This document shows positions 18,511-27,609 of a DNA stretch of 64,000 bases, piece after piece (positions within the stretch are counted from its first letter, which is position 1; each line of letters opens with the position of its first letter). A model generated the notes under the pieces. The model had not been told where the DNA came from. It searched no databases and saw only the letters and a program-made list of their open reading frames with translations. The position numbers and the translations under genes are program-made. This DNA comes from a bacterium (GTDB lineage: Bacteria; Patescibacteriota; Minisyncoccia; Phycocordibacterales; Phycocordibacteraceae): NCBI GenBank assembly GCA_037200965.1, contig JBBCGK010000001.1:256001-320000 (forward strand), given 5' to 3'.

Positions 18511-18592
18511 CTCCAAAGAAGTCGAAGTGAGAAACGTGCAAGGAAATGGGGCGCCGGACTCTCGTCCGGCGCCATTTCTTATGTGGCGACCC

Positions 18593-19189
18593 CTATCTCG
18601 TATTCGCCTCCATCATCGCCTTCTCGATACCTTCCTCGGCGAACAGGTGCGCGACGAGCGCGGCTTTCTTGAGCGTTTTCTTGAGAAGCGCTTCCTCGGC
18701 GGGCTTAAATTTCCCTATCACATGCTTTATCACTTTCTCCTCGCCTGATACTTTTTTCGTCTGGTTCCTTTTTCCCTGCGCCGATATGCCGATCTTGAGC
18801 TGCGCGAAGCCTTCCGTTTTAAGCGCGCGCATGATGCTCTCGACGCCCTTGTGTCCCCCGCTCCCGCGGTTAAACGTCATCTTGAGAATGCCAAGCGGCA
18901 GATCGAGATCGTCCCGCAGGACCAGGAGCGACTCCGCCGCCTTCTTCGATTTCACGAGCGCCGCCGCGGTCTTTCCCGAGAGATTCACGAAGGTTTCCGG
19001 AAGCGCGAGAACAACCTTCTCTTTCCCTATCTTCCCTTCCGAGATAAGGGCTTGCGCGCCCTTCTTCAGCTCGAACGCGTCAAACCCTTCCGTTTTCGCG
19101 ACAAGCTCGACCGCCATCCTCCCGGCGTTATGCCGCGTCTTTGCATACTCCCCTCCCGGATTTCCGAGTCCCATGAGTATCGTCGCCAT
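18593..19189 (-). CDS. pth: Peptidyl-tRNA hydrolase
   Basis: LMGLGNPGGEYAKTRHNAG signature. A palindromic hairpin lies downstream at 18544-18577. Confidence 0.9.
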   Translation of the reverse strand: MATILMGLGNPGGEYAKTRHNAGRMAVELVAKTEGFDAFELKKGAQALISEGKIGKEKVVLALPETFVNLSGKTAAALVKSKKAAESLLVLRDDLDLPLGILKMTFNRGSGGHKGVESIMRALKTEGFAQLKIGISAQGKRNQTKKVSGEEKVIKHVIGKFKPAEEALLKKTLKKAALVAHLFAEEGIEKAMMEANTR

Positions 19190-19291
19190 CAGGTGATTGT
19201 ATCACTCGCCGAGCGTTGACATCCTAGTGCCCTGCACCTACAGTCAAGGAAGAAATAGTCGGGCGCCGCCCGCATGCGAAGGATTTGAACC

Positions 19292-19678
19292 ATGTCCACC
19301 CATTTGTTGTCGGACGCCGACGCGACCGGTGCTCATAGGGCATACGAGAAGCTCCGGAGCATTCGTGACGCGATCTCGCCGCGCGTATCCCGGAGCCCGC
19401 ACGCAAGCTCTCTTTGTCTGATGCTCGAAGGTTTGCGGGCCGAGAACGGACACCTCCGCGAATTACAGCCGGGCGAAGTGGCCAATGCCTGGAGGCTCAG
19501 TCTCCTGCGCAAGCCGGACGGTTTGCCGCAACAGGTCGCGGTCTCCCTCACCGGCCTGTGCGACGGAAGCTGGAAAGCTAAGTGCTCTTCATCGGGTGCT
19601 CAGGCGAGGTTCAGCCCTGCCGAGGTCGCCGAGGCCGAGCATGCCTTCAAAGCCGCCGTCAGCGAAGCAATCGCATAA
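19292..19678 (+). CDS. Hypothetical protein
   Basis: SD aagga upstream; 128 aa; no recognisable motif. Confidence 0.4.
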   Translation: MSTHLLSDADATGAHRAYEKLRSIRDAISPRVSRSPHASSLCLMLEGLRAENGHLRELQPGEVANAWRLSLLRKPDGLPQQVAVSLTGLCDGSWKAKCSSSGAQARFSPAEVAEAEHAFKAAVSEAIA

Positions 19679-19775
19679 GCCCGTCGCGATCGTACGTCAG
19701 CGCCCCGTCAGAAACGACGGGGCGTTTGGCTTTGCGCGGAGCGAAAAACTTGCGCGCGGAAACGGCAAGCGTACA

Positions 19776-20336
19776 ATGCATGCAATGCGAGTTACCGGAG
19801 TCGTACGAGAAGTTGTCATCTTCGTCCTCCTGGCCGTCGTCATCGTTCTTCCGATCCGCTTTTTCATCGCGCAGCCTTTCGTCGTACAGGGTGAATCGAT
19901 GCATCCGACCTTCGAGAACGGCGACTATCTCATTATCGACGAGCTTTCCTATGATTTCAGCGCTCCCAGGCGCGGCGATGTCGTCGTCTTCCGCTATCCC
20001 GGGGATACTTCCGTCTTTTATATAAAGCGCATCATAGGCCTCCCCGGAGAGACCGTGCGGATCACCAAAGGCGTCGTGAACATCCAGCGCGCGGACGGAA
20101 GCGACCTCGCGCTTGAGAGTGAGCCGTACATTTCCGCCGAGGATGCCACCTATACTCTCTCAACAAGCCTCGGGCAGGGCGAGTATTTCGTCATGGGCGA
20201 CAACCGGCCGAATAGCTCCGACTCCCGCGTCTGGGGCACGCTTCCCGAGAAGGACATCATGGGCCGCGTATTCCTCCGGCTTCTTCCGGCAAGCGCGGTC
20301 GGAGCCTTTCCCGGCGCGGCAAGCGTTCCGCAATAA
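19776..20336 (+). CDS. lepB: Signal peptidase I
   Basis: TM helix, then GESMHPTF (Ser box) ... GDNRPNSSDSRVWG (box E). Start chosen at MHAMRVTG; the upstream 97 aa shown in the track are low-complexity. Confidence 0.8.
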   Translation: MHAMRVTGVVREVVIFVLLAVVIVLPIRFFIAQPFVVQGESMHPTFENGDYLIIDELSYDFSAPRRGDVVVFRYPGDTSVFYIKRIIGLPGETVRITKGVVNIQRADGSDLALESEPYISAEDATYTLSTSLGQGEYFVMGDNRPNSSDSRVWGTLPEKDIMGRVFLRLLPASAVGAFPGAASVPQ

Positions 20337-21499
20337 TGTCCATGCCGACTTCTAAGGACTCGACTACCCTTAAGGCGGAAGACGTGCTTCGGAGGGCACA
20401 CGCCGTCGGCAACTACTACGGCTTCCTTCCGCTCGCCTCGCTCACCGCGATGAAGCGCGGCGGCAATACGAAGCTTCCGTTCCCCGATACGCTCCAGTTA
20501 AATTCGCTCGACGCGACCGCGCAGATCGTCGCAACGTTTTTAAAGCAAGTGCGCGACGGCGGACTTATTCCCTCAAGCACGCAACCGCTTTTCGTCTGGC
20601 ATACGAACGCGGCAGCCGGGCGTCCCGCCCCCAAGCAGCTTCTTATACAGTTCCACGCAATCGGCGCCGACCGGGCGATCGCCGACGCGGTACTTATCCG
20701 CGCGGTGCGCGCGCTCGCGGCGGATATCCATAAAGGCGAGCTTTTGCTTCGCATCAACAGCATGGGCGACCGCGAAACCCGGAACCGCTTCAGCCGGGAA
20801 CTCGGTGTCTTCTTCAGGAAGCGCGGCGCCGCGCTCCCGACGGACTGCGTTGACTGCGCGAAGCGCGACGTGTTCGAGGCGGCGGAGCTTCTGCTTGACA
20901 GCGAACACGAAGGCGATCTTCCGACGCCGACCGATCATCTCTCCGAAGCGAGCCGCAAGCGCTTCGAGGACCTCCTCGAATACCTCGAAGCGACCGAAAC
21001 GCCCTATGACCTCGCGCCGAACCTCCTTTCCCGCGGCGCCGCGTGGTCCGAGACGTGCTTTGAGGTGCGTGCGGGCGGGCATCCGGTCGCCTGGGGTTCG
21101 CGCTATACCGACCTCACCAGGCATTTCTTCAAGGGCCAGGTTCCGGCAGTCGGTGCGGTGCTTAAAGTGAACGTGCAGGGCGGCACGACGCTTCCGGCAG
21201 CGAAAGTATCCGGCCAGCCCCGTTTCGTTTTCGTACACATCGGCGAGGAAGCCAAGCGCGCGAGCATGCTCATCGCCGACACGCTTCGCCATACGCGCAT
21301 CCCGCTCATGCAGTCGATCGGCGTCGAGTCCCTCACCGAGCAGATGCGCCTCGCGGAGCTGCTCAATCCCCGCTATCTCCTCATCATGGGCCGCAAGGAA
21401 GCGCTCGACCACTCGGTTACGCTTCGGGAGCGTTCGACCCATACTGAAACCTCGATTCCCGTCGCATCCTTAGTCGAGCGGTTGCGGGCGGTGGCGTAA
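20336..21499 (+). CDS. Histidyl-tRNA synthetase homolog (class II core plus anticodon-binding domain) with degenerate motif 2 and GGRYD motif
   Basis: LIQFHAIGAD...LRINSMG...DCVDCAKRD...YDLAPNLLSRG...ETCFEV..AGG.PVAWGSRYTDL...C-terminal PRFVFVHIGEEAK...LLIMGRKE. These are collinear with HisRS/HisZ, but RYERPQ..RYRQFHQ is replaced by TNAAAGRPAPKQLLIQFHA. Confidence 0.55.
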   Translation: MSMPTSKDSTTLKAEDVLRRAHAVGNYYGFLPLASLTAMKRGGNTKLPFPDTLQLNSLDATAQIVATFLKQVRDGGLIPSSTQPLFVWHTNAAAGRPAPKQLLIQFHAIGADRAIADAVLIRAVRALAADIHKGELLLRINSMGDRETRNRFSRELGVFFRKRGAALPTDCVDCAKRDVFEAAELLLDSEHEGDLPTPTDHLSEASRKRFEDLLEYLEATETPYDLAPNLLSRGAAWSETCFEVRAGGHPVAWGSRYTDLTRHFFKGQVPAVGAVLKVNVQGGTTLPAAKVSGQPRFVFVHIGEEAKRASMLIADTLRHTRIPLMQSIGVESLTEQMRLAELLNPRYLLIMGRKEALDHSVTLRERSTHTETSIPVASLVERLRAVA

Positions 21500-21584
21500 G
21501 TGGGGGACAAAACTGGAATACCATGATATAATGGGAGTATTGCCGCCTCATATTCCTCTCATCTGAAAACGTTATACTATTCGC

Positions 21585-21761
21585 ATGAACATCGATTCCA
21601 TAACGAAAGAGCATGAAAATAAGTGGATCGCGCTGTCCCCCGATCATAGCGAGGTGCTCGAATCCGCCGCCGACCTCATGGACCTGAAAGCCAAAGTCGG
21701 GGAGCGGGATGTCGTATACCTGAAAGTGCCCGCTTCCGGGACGTACTTCGCCTTCGCATAA
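21585..21761 (+). CDS. Small DUF5678-like protein (58 aa); not in the ORF track
   Basis: MNIDSITKEHENKWIALSPDHSEVLESAADLMDLKAKVGERDVVYLKVPASGTYFAFA. The stop lies 1 nt before the start of the next gene. Confidence 0.45.
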   Translation: MNIDSITKEHENKWIALSPDHSEVLESAADLMDLKAKVGERDVVYLKVPASGTYFAFA

Positions 21762-21762
21762 T

Positions 21763-22173
21763 ATGACGAAATGGTATCCGTATACTCCCTTCTGGCAGGG
21801 AGATTATATGGTAAAGAAGCCGCTCATCGAAGTGGAGCTTTTTCATAACGGCCAGTCAATGAAACAGATGGCTCTGCTCGACTCCGGAGCGGATATCACC
21901 ACGGTCAATGCTGAAATAGCCGCATACCTCGGCATCGATTTGAAAGACTGTGATGAGAAAGTTATAGCGGGAGTTGTCGGACAGCCGACGCCCGCCTATC
22001 TAACCGAAATGGACATGAGCGTTTCCGGCTTCCCCGAAACCGTGCGGCTCCGCCTGCTTTTCGTTCCCGGTCTCAAGATGAATATCCTGCTCGGACAAGA
22101 GGGCTTCTTCGACGCGTTCCGCGTTTCGTTTGCGAAATACGAAGATGCGATCGAGCTGTCGCATGGGCACTAA
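21763..22173 (+). CDS. Retropepsin-like aspartic protease (clan AA)
   Basis: The ALLDSGADITTV motif (D-S-G-A) and LLGQEGFF (hydrophobic-G-x-x-F flap). An alternative start at 21808 has a gggaga SD. Confidence 0.6.
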   Translation: MTKWYPYTPFWQGDYMVKKPLIEVELFHNGQSMKQMALLDSGADITTVNAEIAAYLGIDLKDCDEKVIAGVVGQPTPAYLTEMDMSVSGFPETVRLRLLFVPGLKMNILLGQEGFFDAFRVSFAKYEDAIELSHGH

Positions 22174-22283
22174 GTCTTCCGCCTGCCAGATCTCCACGGA
22201 CGGCGGCGCAGCCTTTCGCGCTTTGTAGGGAAATGCTATAACCAGCATGGCCGCGAACCATCGCGGAGAAAGGAAGGTCTTTT

Positions 22284-22754
22284 ATGGACAGGCTCCGTTC
22301 ATTCTGTTTCTTCACGGGCATTGGCATCGCTGTGACGCTCGTCGATGCCGGAACATTCTATCTGCTCACCGACCGCTTCGGTTGGGAGAAATATCTCGCG
22401 GCGCTCGCGATTCTCTCCTTGTCCGGCGCGATCGTCGGCATGATTCGGGGCGTTCTCGACCGTGATGGCGCTTCGGGCTTGGTGGCAGGACTCCTTGCCG
22501 TCATCGCCCCGGCCTGGCTGGCCTGGATGCTTCTTGCTCCAAAGACCGACGCGTTACGGGAACCTCCGATTGGAGAACGCGAAGCGATCATCGCATCGTT
22601 CGCGTTCTACCGTTTTGCATTCTATGCGCTTGCCGTGCTCAGTAGCACCCCCTGGTCCATCGCGCTCCTGTTCTCCCTCGGCACGCTCGTCGCCTTCGTG
22701 CTCATCGCAAGCTTCATATTGAAGGTGGCGGCGCAGGAAACCGCGAAGCGATGA
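22284..22754 (+). CDS. Integral membrane protein, hypothetical (four TM)
   Basis: SD aaggaagg upstream; multiple hydrophobic helices. Confidence 0.45.
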   Translation: MDRLRSFCFFTGIGIAVTLVDAGTFYLLTDRFGWEKYLAALAILSLSGAIVGMIRGVLDRDGASGLVAGLLAVIAPAWLAWMLLAPKTDALREPPIGEREAIIASFAFYRFAFYALAVLSSTPWSIALLFSLGTLVAFVLIASFILKVAAQETAKR

Positions 22755-22828
22755 GTGGGATACGTACGATCGAAAACCGGCGCGTTCGGCGGCGGGTTCC
22801 CCTCGGAACCCGCCGTTATCTTTTTTTA

Positions 22829-23851
22829 GTGAGTTCAACAAGTAAAAGCACCACCTTCCATTAATACTGGAGGCATATGGCGCATATGAGCATCGAGGAA
22901 CGCGAGCTGATACAGAAAGGGCTGTGGGAGAAGAAATCGGTGCGAGAGATCGCCCGGGAGCTCAGACGTCCGCATTCGACCGTGAGCAAGGAGATCCGAC
23001 GGAATCTCCCGCCCGAGCGGCGGGTATATACGCCCCGTCTCGCCAACGAACGAGCGCTCGAGAAACGGAAGTCCCGGGGACGGCAATCGCGCCTCAAGAG
23101 TCCCGAGCTCGGGGAGTACGTGGTCGAACACCTGAAGCTCGGCTGGTCTCCCGAGCAGATATCCAGCACCGCCCCAGAGCGAATATCGCACGAAGCCATA
23201 TACCAGTATGTATACGCACAGATACATCGCAAGGGATATGGGCATCCAAAGCCCGGGAAGGAAGACCTGCGCCCATACCTGGCGCGGCGTCACAAGCGAC
23301 GGCAGAAGATGGGGCACCGCAAATCACAAAGAGTCCTGCGCCCAACGGGCCCGAGCATTGATGAACGCCCGCTCGTTGTCGAGAAACGCACACGCCTGGG
23401 CGACTGGGAGGGCGACAGTATCGAAGGCAAGAACCATGGGCCCGGCCTCAACTCCCTGGTCGATCGCGGGAGCGGACTCCTCCTCTTGTCGAAGCTCGAG
23501 GCCAAAGATGCGGACGCGACCTGCGCAGCGGTCGCCCGCAGGCTCGCGGGGATGTGCGCCCACACCCTCACCCTCGACAACGGGCCCGAGAACCGTCCAT
23601 GGCAGGAACTTGAGACGGCAACGGGAGCCCGGGTGTACTTCGCCCACCCGTATCACTCCTGGGAGCGCGGCTCAAACGAGAACACTAATGGCTTGGTACG
23701 TCGTTTCTTCCCGAAAGGTACCGACTTCAGCCTCGTCTCCGACGAGACTGTGGCGGCAGTGGAGTATGTTCTCAATACGAGGCCTCGGAAACGGCTCGGG
23801 TATCGGACACCATTAGAAGTCTGGGGTGGTGCTTTGAGAGGTTGAATTCAC
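22829..23851 (+). mobile_element. IS30-family insertion sequence, about 1.02 kb, with imperfect 27-bp terminal inverted repeats
   Basis: IRL gtgagttcaacaagtaaaagcaccacc (22829-22855) against the reverse complement of IRR gtgaattcaacctctcaaagcaccacc (23825-23851). The transposase stop lies inside IRR, as is typical of IS30. Confidence 0.7.
22877..23845 (+). CDS. IS30-family DDE transposase
   Basis: N-terminal HTH (SIEERELIQKGLWEKKSVREIARELRR) and the DDE region ...GDWEGDSI...LTLDNGPE...HPYHSWERGSNENTNGLVRRFFPKG. Confidence 0.85.
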   Translation: MAHMSIEERELIQKGLWEKKSVREIARELRRPHSTVSKEIRRNLPPERRVYTPRLANERALEKRKSRGRQSRLKSPELGEYVVEHLKLGWSPEQISSTAPERISHEAIYQYVYAQIHRKGYGHPKPGKEDLRPYLARRHKRRQKMGHRKSQRVLRPTGPSIDERPLVVEKRTRLGDWEGDSIEGKNHGPGLNSLVDRGSGLLLLSKLEAKDADATCAAVARRLAGMCAHTLTLDNGPENRPWQELETATGARVYFAHPYHSWERGSNENTNGLVRRFFPKGTDFSLVSDETVAAVEYVLNTRPRKRLGYRTPLEVWGGALRG

Positions 23852-23901
23852 CTTTATATGAGTAGACAAAAGAACGCCGGGTATGGTAAGGTAGCCCCCA
23901 C

Positions 23902-24165
23902 ATGGTCAACGCAACACGAGTCGAAGTGGTGAAGGGAAAGAACGAGAGTACGACCTCCCTCATCCGCCGTTTCTCCCGCCGCGCGCAGGGGCTTAACATC
24001 GTGCGCGGACTCCGGAAGCTCCGCTACTACGAGCGCACCAAGTCGAAGAACGTGCAGCACAAGCGCGCGATGGTTTCGAAGGCTCGCCGCGAAAACTATA
24101 ACGAGCTCGTGAAGCTCGGCAAGATCGACCCGGCCGCGGAGAAGCTCGCGCGCAGGAAGCGCTAG
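23902..24165 (+). CDS. rpsU: 30S ribosomal protein S21
   Basis: Basic 87-aa protein; SLIRRFSRRAQGLNIVRGLRKLRYYERTKSKNVQHKRA matches the bS21 pattern. Confidence 0.6.
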   Translation: MVNATRVEVVKGKNESTTSLIRRFSRRAQGLNIVRGLRKLRYYERTKSKNVQHKRAMVSKARRENYNELVKLGKIDPAAEKLARRKR

Positions 24166-24172
24166 TTCCCGG

Positions 24173-24637
24173 ATGGGAAAGTTCGCAGTCACCAACAAGA
24201 CCCGGCGTCCCGCGCCGGTTTTGCCTTTCCTGAAGGTCGCGAAAGCAGTGCTGCCCTCTTTCGAGATTTCGCTCGCCTTCGTCGGCGAAAGCGAAGCGAG
24301 AAAAATAAATGCCGCGACGCGGGGAAAGTCATACGTTCCGAACGTCCTTTCCTATGCTGCGGGTCCCGCAAGCGGCGAGATCATCATCTGCCTTCCGGAA
24401 GCGAAACGGCAAGCGCCGTCGTACGGCATGTTGCTTCCGACATTCATCCTGTTCCTCTTTATCCACGGGCTGCTGCATTTGGAAGGACGGCGTCACGGGA
24501 CTACAATGGAGCGGTACGAGCAAGAGCTCCTCGCGCGGTTCGCGAAAGGAGTCAGGAGTTCGGCATCCCTTCATGAAACGACGCATCGCGACCGGCATCG
24601 ACATCGGCACCTACCAGGTAAAGGTGGTGGTCGTTGA
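24173..24637 (+). CDS. ybeY: Endoribonuclease YbeY (rRNA maturation factor)
   Basis: H..GLLHL.G..H metal-binding motif (FIHGLLHLEGRRHG). The 3' end overlaps the ftsA start. Confidence 0.7.
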   Translation: MGKFAVTNKTRRPAPVLPFLKVAKAVLPSFEISLAFVGESEARKINAATRGKSYVPNVLSYAAGPASGEIIICLPEAKRQAPSYGMLLPTFILFLFIHGLLHLEGRRHGTTMERYEQELLARFAKGVRSSASLHETTHRDRHRHRHLPGKGGGR

Positions 24638-25742
24638 GGCTGTCGAAGGCCCGGGCGGCTCCCTCACTCCTCGCATCATCGGCACGGGACTTGCCGAATC
24701 AAAAGGACTCCGGCATGGCTATATCGTAAATAAGGAGGACGTGGCGGAAAGCGTGCTTATCGCCAAGGCCCAGGCCGAAGCGACATCGAGAATGCCTATA
24801 AAAAGCGGGTTCCTCGCGATCGGCGGGGTTTCGCTTGACGAGACGAGGGCATCCGGGGAAACGATCATCTCGCGCGCGGACCAGGAAGTGACCGAGCTTG
24901 ATGTCGAGAAGACAATTGCGTCTGCGCGATCGGCGGCGTCCCCGGGCTTTCTCAACCGCCGCGTGCTCCACGAGATACCGCTCGAATACCGCATCGACGG
25001 GGCGAAGGTCCTTGGCGAGCCGATCGGAATGAAGGGCACCCGGCTCGAAGCGGATTATCTTTTCATAACCGCGCTCGCCCAGCATGCGGACAGCCTCGTC
25101 GCCGCGGTCGAGGATACCGATATCGAGATCATCGACCAGATGGCTTCCCCGCTCGCGGGCTCGTACGTGACTTTGACCAAGGATCAGAAGATGAAAGGCT
25201 GCGTTCTCGCGAACATCGGGGCCGAAACCGTTTCCATCGTCATCTACGATGAGGGCGTCCCGGTCTCCCTCAAAGTGTTCCCCGTCGGCTCGACCAATAT
25301 CACCGACGACATCGCGCTCCATTTCAAAATCGCGCTCGAGGACGCGGAGCGCCTCAAGCTCGGGAAGCTCGGCGGCGCGATGTATCCCCGAAAGAAAGTG
25401 GATGATCTTATCAGCGTGCGTTTCGCGCACATGTTCAGCCTCGTCGACAAGCATCTCAAAGCGACGGGGCGAAGAGGTCCCCTTCCCGCGGGCATCGTCC
25501 TCACCGGCGGCGGCTCGGGCTCGGGTACCATAAGCGACATCGCGAAGCACTCGCTCAACCTCCCGGTGCGCATAGCCGAGACGCGCATGAGCGCGGACGC
25601 GAAAGTGCGCGACGCGACCTGGGCCGTCGCCTACGGCCTCGCCCTCTGGGGCCTTACGGGCGACACGGAAGTCGCGAAGAAGCCCGCGTTCCAAAAACTT
25701 TCGGCATCGCTTGGAAAGCTTCTCGGGCAGTTCATGCCATAA
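24573..25742 (+). CDS. ftsA: Cell division protein FtsA
   Basis: Actin-fold N-terminus MKRRIATGIDIGTYQVKVVVVE, ...IVLTGGGS..., and a C-terminal amphipathic helix. Confidence 0.85.
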   Translation: MKRRIATGIDIGTYQVKVVVVEAVEGPGGSLTPRIIGTGLAESKGLRHGYIVNKEDVAESVLIAKAQAEATSRMPIKSGFLAIGGVSLDETRASGETIISRADQEVTELDVEKTIASARSAASPGFLNRRVLHEIPLEYRIDGAKVLGEPIGMKGTRLEADYLFITALAQHADSLVAAVEDTDIEIIDQMASPLAGSYVTLTKDQKMKGCVLANIGAETVSIVIYDEGVPVSLKVFPVGSTNITDDIALHFKIALEDAERLKLGKLGGAMYPRKKVDDLISVRFAHMFSLVDKHLKATGRRGPLPAGIVLTGGGSGSGTISDIAKHSLNLPVRIAETRMSADAKVRDATWAVAYGLALWGLTGDTEVAKKPAFQKLSASLGKLLGQFMP

Positions 25743-25796
25743 GGCAGCACGGGAGCGGATTGTGTCAAATTTGACGCTTTCGGTGCGCTCTGTATC

Positions 25797-27074
25797 ATGA
25801 GCCGCAAGCCTTATATTTCTCATATGTCCAAACGCGTCGAACCCGAGATCGAAACCTTCGCCCGCATCCGCGTCATCGGCGTCGGAGGTTCCGGCAACAA
25901 CGCCGTGAACCACATGATCAACTCCAAGGTGCGCGGCGTGGAATTCATCGCCGTCAACACCGACGCGCAGGATCTGCACCGCTCGCTCGCCAAGCGCAAG
26001 ATCCACATCGGCAAGAACCTCACGAGAGGCCTCGGTGCCGGCATGAATCCGGATCTCGGCAAGCGCGCGGCTGAAGAGACGCGCCAGGAAATCCAGGAGG
26101 CGCTCCAGGGTTCCGACATGGTCTTCATCACCTGCGGCATGGGCGGAGGCACGGGCACCGGAAGCGCGCCGATCGTCGCGAAGATCGCGAAGGAGATCGG
26201 CGCGCTCACGGTCGCGGTCGTCACGCGCCCGTTCGGCTTCGAGGGAGCGCAGCGCCGCGACATCGCCGACCACGGCCTCGCGGAACTTAAGAAGGAGGTG
26301 GACGCGTACATCGTGATCCCGAACGACAAGCTCCTTTCGATCGTCGAGGCGAACACGTCCGCGAAGAACGCGTTCGCGCTCGCCGACGAAATCCTTCGCC
26401 AGGCGGTCGAGGGCGTCTCCGACATCATCACGACTCCGGGCGAGATCAACACCGACTTCAACGACATCAAGGCGATCATGGAGGGTGCGGGTCCCGCGCT
26501 CATGGGCATCGGCGTCGCCGACGGCGACAAGCGCGCATCGGAAGCCGCCTCGAAGGCCGTCAATTCCCCGCTTCTCGACATTTCCATAAACGGGGCGAAG
26601 GGTATCCTCTTCGTGGTTGCGGGCTCGGACGATCTCGGCATCCTCGAAGTGCAGGAGGCCGCGAAGGTCATCAACGAGTCGGTTGATAAGAATGCCAAGG
26701 TGATCTTCGGCATGATGCGGGACGAGAAGCTCAAGAAAGGCCAGATCCGCATCATCGTCATCGCGACTGGCTTCCCGGAAGGCATGCTCGAGACGAGAAC
26801 GGCAAGCCCCGCCGAGCGCTCGCTCTTCTCCCTTCCGGCGGAGCGCCAGCAGGAGGAACGCGGCAAGATTTATAACGACCTCGCAACCCGGAAGGCCAAG
26901 GAGCCGGAAGCTGAGGAGGCGCAACCGGCCCCCGCTCCCGCGCGCAAGGAAAAGGAGGAACCGATCGTCACCGCTACTCCTTCAAAGCGCCAGGAGATTC
27001 CCGAGCCCGTACCGGACGAGAACGACGAGGCCTGGGGCGCGATCCCGAGCTTTTTGAGAAGGCATAAGAAATAG
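25797..27074 (+). CDS. ftsZ: Cell division protein FtsZ
   Basis: [13 protein letters not shown] and the tubulin signature GGGTGTG. The start could be the Met at 25824. Confidence 0.9.
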   Translation: MSRKPYISHMSKRVEPEIETFARIRVIGVGGSGNNAVNHMINSKVRGVEFIAVNTDAQDLHRSLAKRKIHIGKNLTRGLGAGMNPDLGKRAAEETRQEIQEALQGSDMVFITCGMGGGTGTGSAPIVAKIAKEIGALTVAVVTRPFGFEGAQRRDIADHGLAELKKEVDAYIVIPNDKLLSIVEANTSAKNAFALADEILRQAVEGVSDIITTPGEINTDFNDIKAIMEGAGPALMGIGVADGDKRASEAASKAVNSPLLDISINGAKGILFVVAGSDDLGILEVQEAAKVINESVDKNAKVIFGMMRDEKLKKGQIRIIVIATGFPEGMLETRTASPAERSLFSLPAERQQEERGKIYNDLATRKAKEPEAEEAQPAPAPARKEKEEPIVTATPSKRQEIPEPVPDENDEAWGAIPSFLRRHKK

Positions 27075-27131
27075 AGTGGTGTTTCTTCGGAGTACACCCA
27101 AAAGTTGAAAACACTACAGGCTCCCCGCGCA

Positions 27132-27470
27132 TCACGGTGCGGGGAGCCTGGTTCCGAAAGAAATGTGAAATTCGGCGTTTCTCGCCGCTCGGGCAATGGC
27201 GAGTTTCGCTTTTTGCATATCGTCGGTAAAGACTCTGATTTCCTGATGAACGGAAGGTCCACGGACAGAAAGAAGTATGTTGCCCTTCTCGTCGATGATT
27301 TTTACGGCGTTCCTGCCGGTAGATGTTTTGCCTGCCGTGATGAAACCAGGGGAAATTTTCGTAACCGACTTTTCCTTGATTACGTCCGGCAAGAACCTCC
27401 ATGCGGCTTCGATGACGGTTGGGTGGTTGCCGCCGAGCTTACCACCCCACCTCCTCTTTGTATGTGACAT
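27132..27470 (-). CDS. Hypothetical protein (112 aa)
   Basis: SD aggatgg upstream. A hairpin plus T-tract follows on the minus strand (27095-27131). Preferred over the overlapping plus ORF 27105..27467. Confidence 0.4.
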   Translation of the reverse strand: MSHTKRRWGGKLGGNHPTVIEAAWRFLPDVIKEKSVTKISPGFITAGKTSTGRNAVKIIDEKGNILLSVRGPSVHQEIRVFTDDMQKAKLAIARAARNAEFHISFGTRLPAP

Positions 27471-27609
27471 GGTTTTCCATCCTCAGACAGATAACTTGTC
27501 TCTATACTATACTACAAACCATGTGAATCTGTCAAAACAGTCCGGGTAGTGCGTCCGTGGCGACCGCCATCCACAAGACGCGGTTAGTCATCTCTGATAT
27601 CTTGTACTC

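Noticed and set aside
15921-18541. Minus-strand ORFs 15921..16874 (317 aa) and 17171..18541 (456 aa)
   Set aside because: They are antisense to the secreted-protein gene and to rpsA, and their products are Arg/Asp/Gly-rich with no domains.
20573-21442. 289-aa minus-strand ORF
   Set aside because: Antisense to the HisRS-like gene.
24699-26924. 741-aa minus-strand ORF
   Set aside because: Antisense to ftsA and ftsZ, which are both unambiguous.
27105-27467. 120-aa plus-strand ORF overlapping 27132..27470(-)
   Set aside because: Its start lies inside a terminator-like hairpin downstream of ftsZ and it has no SD. The minus-strand ORF has an SD and its own downstream hairpin plus T-tract.
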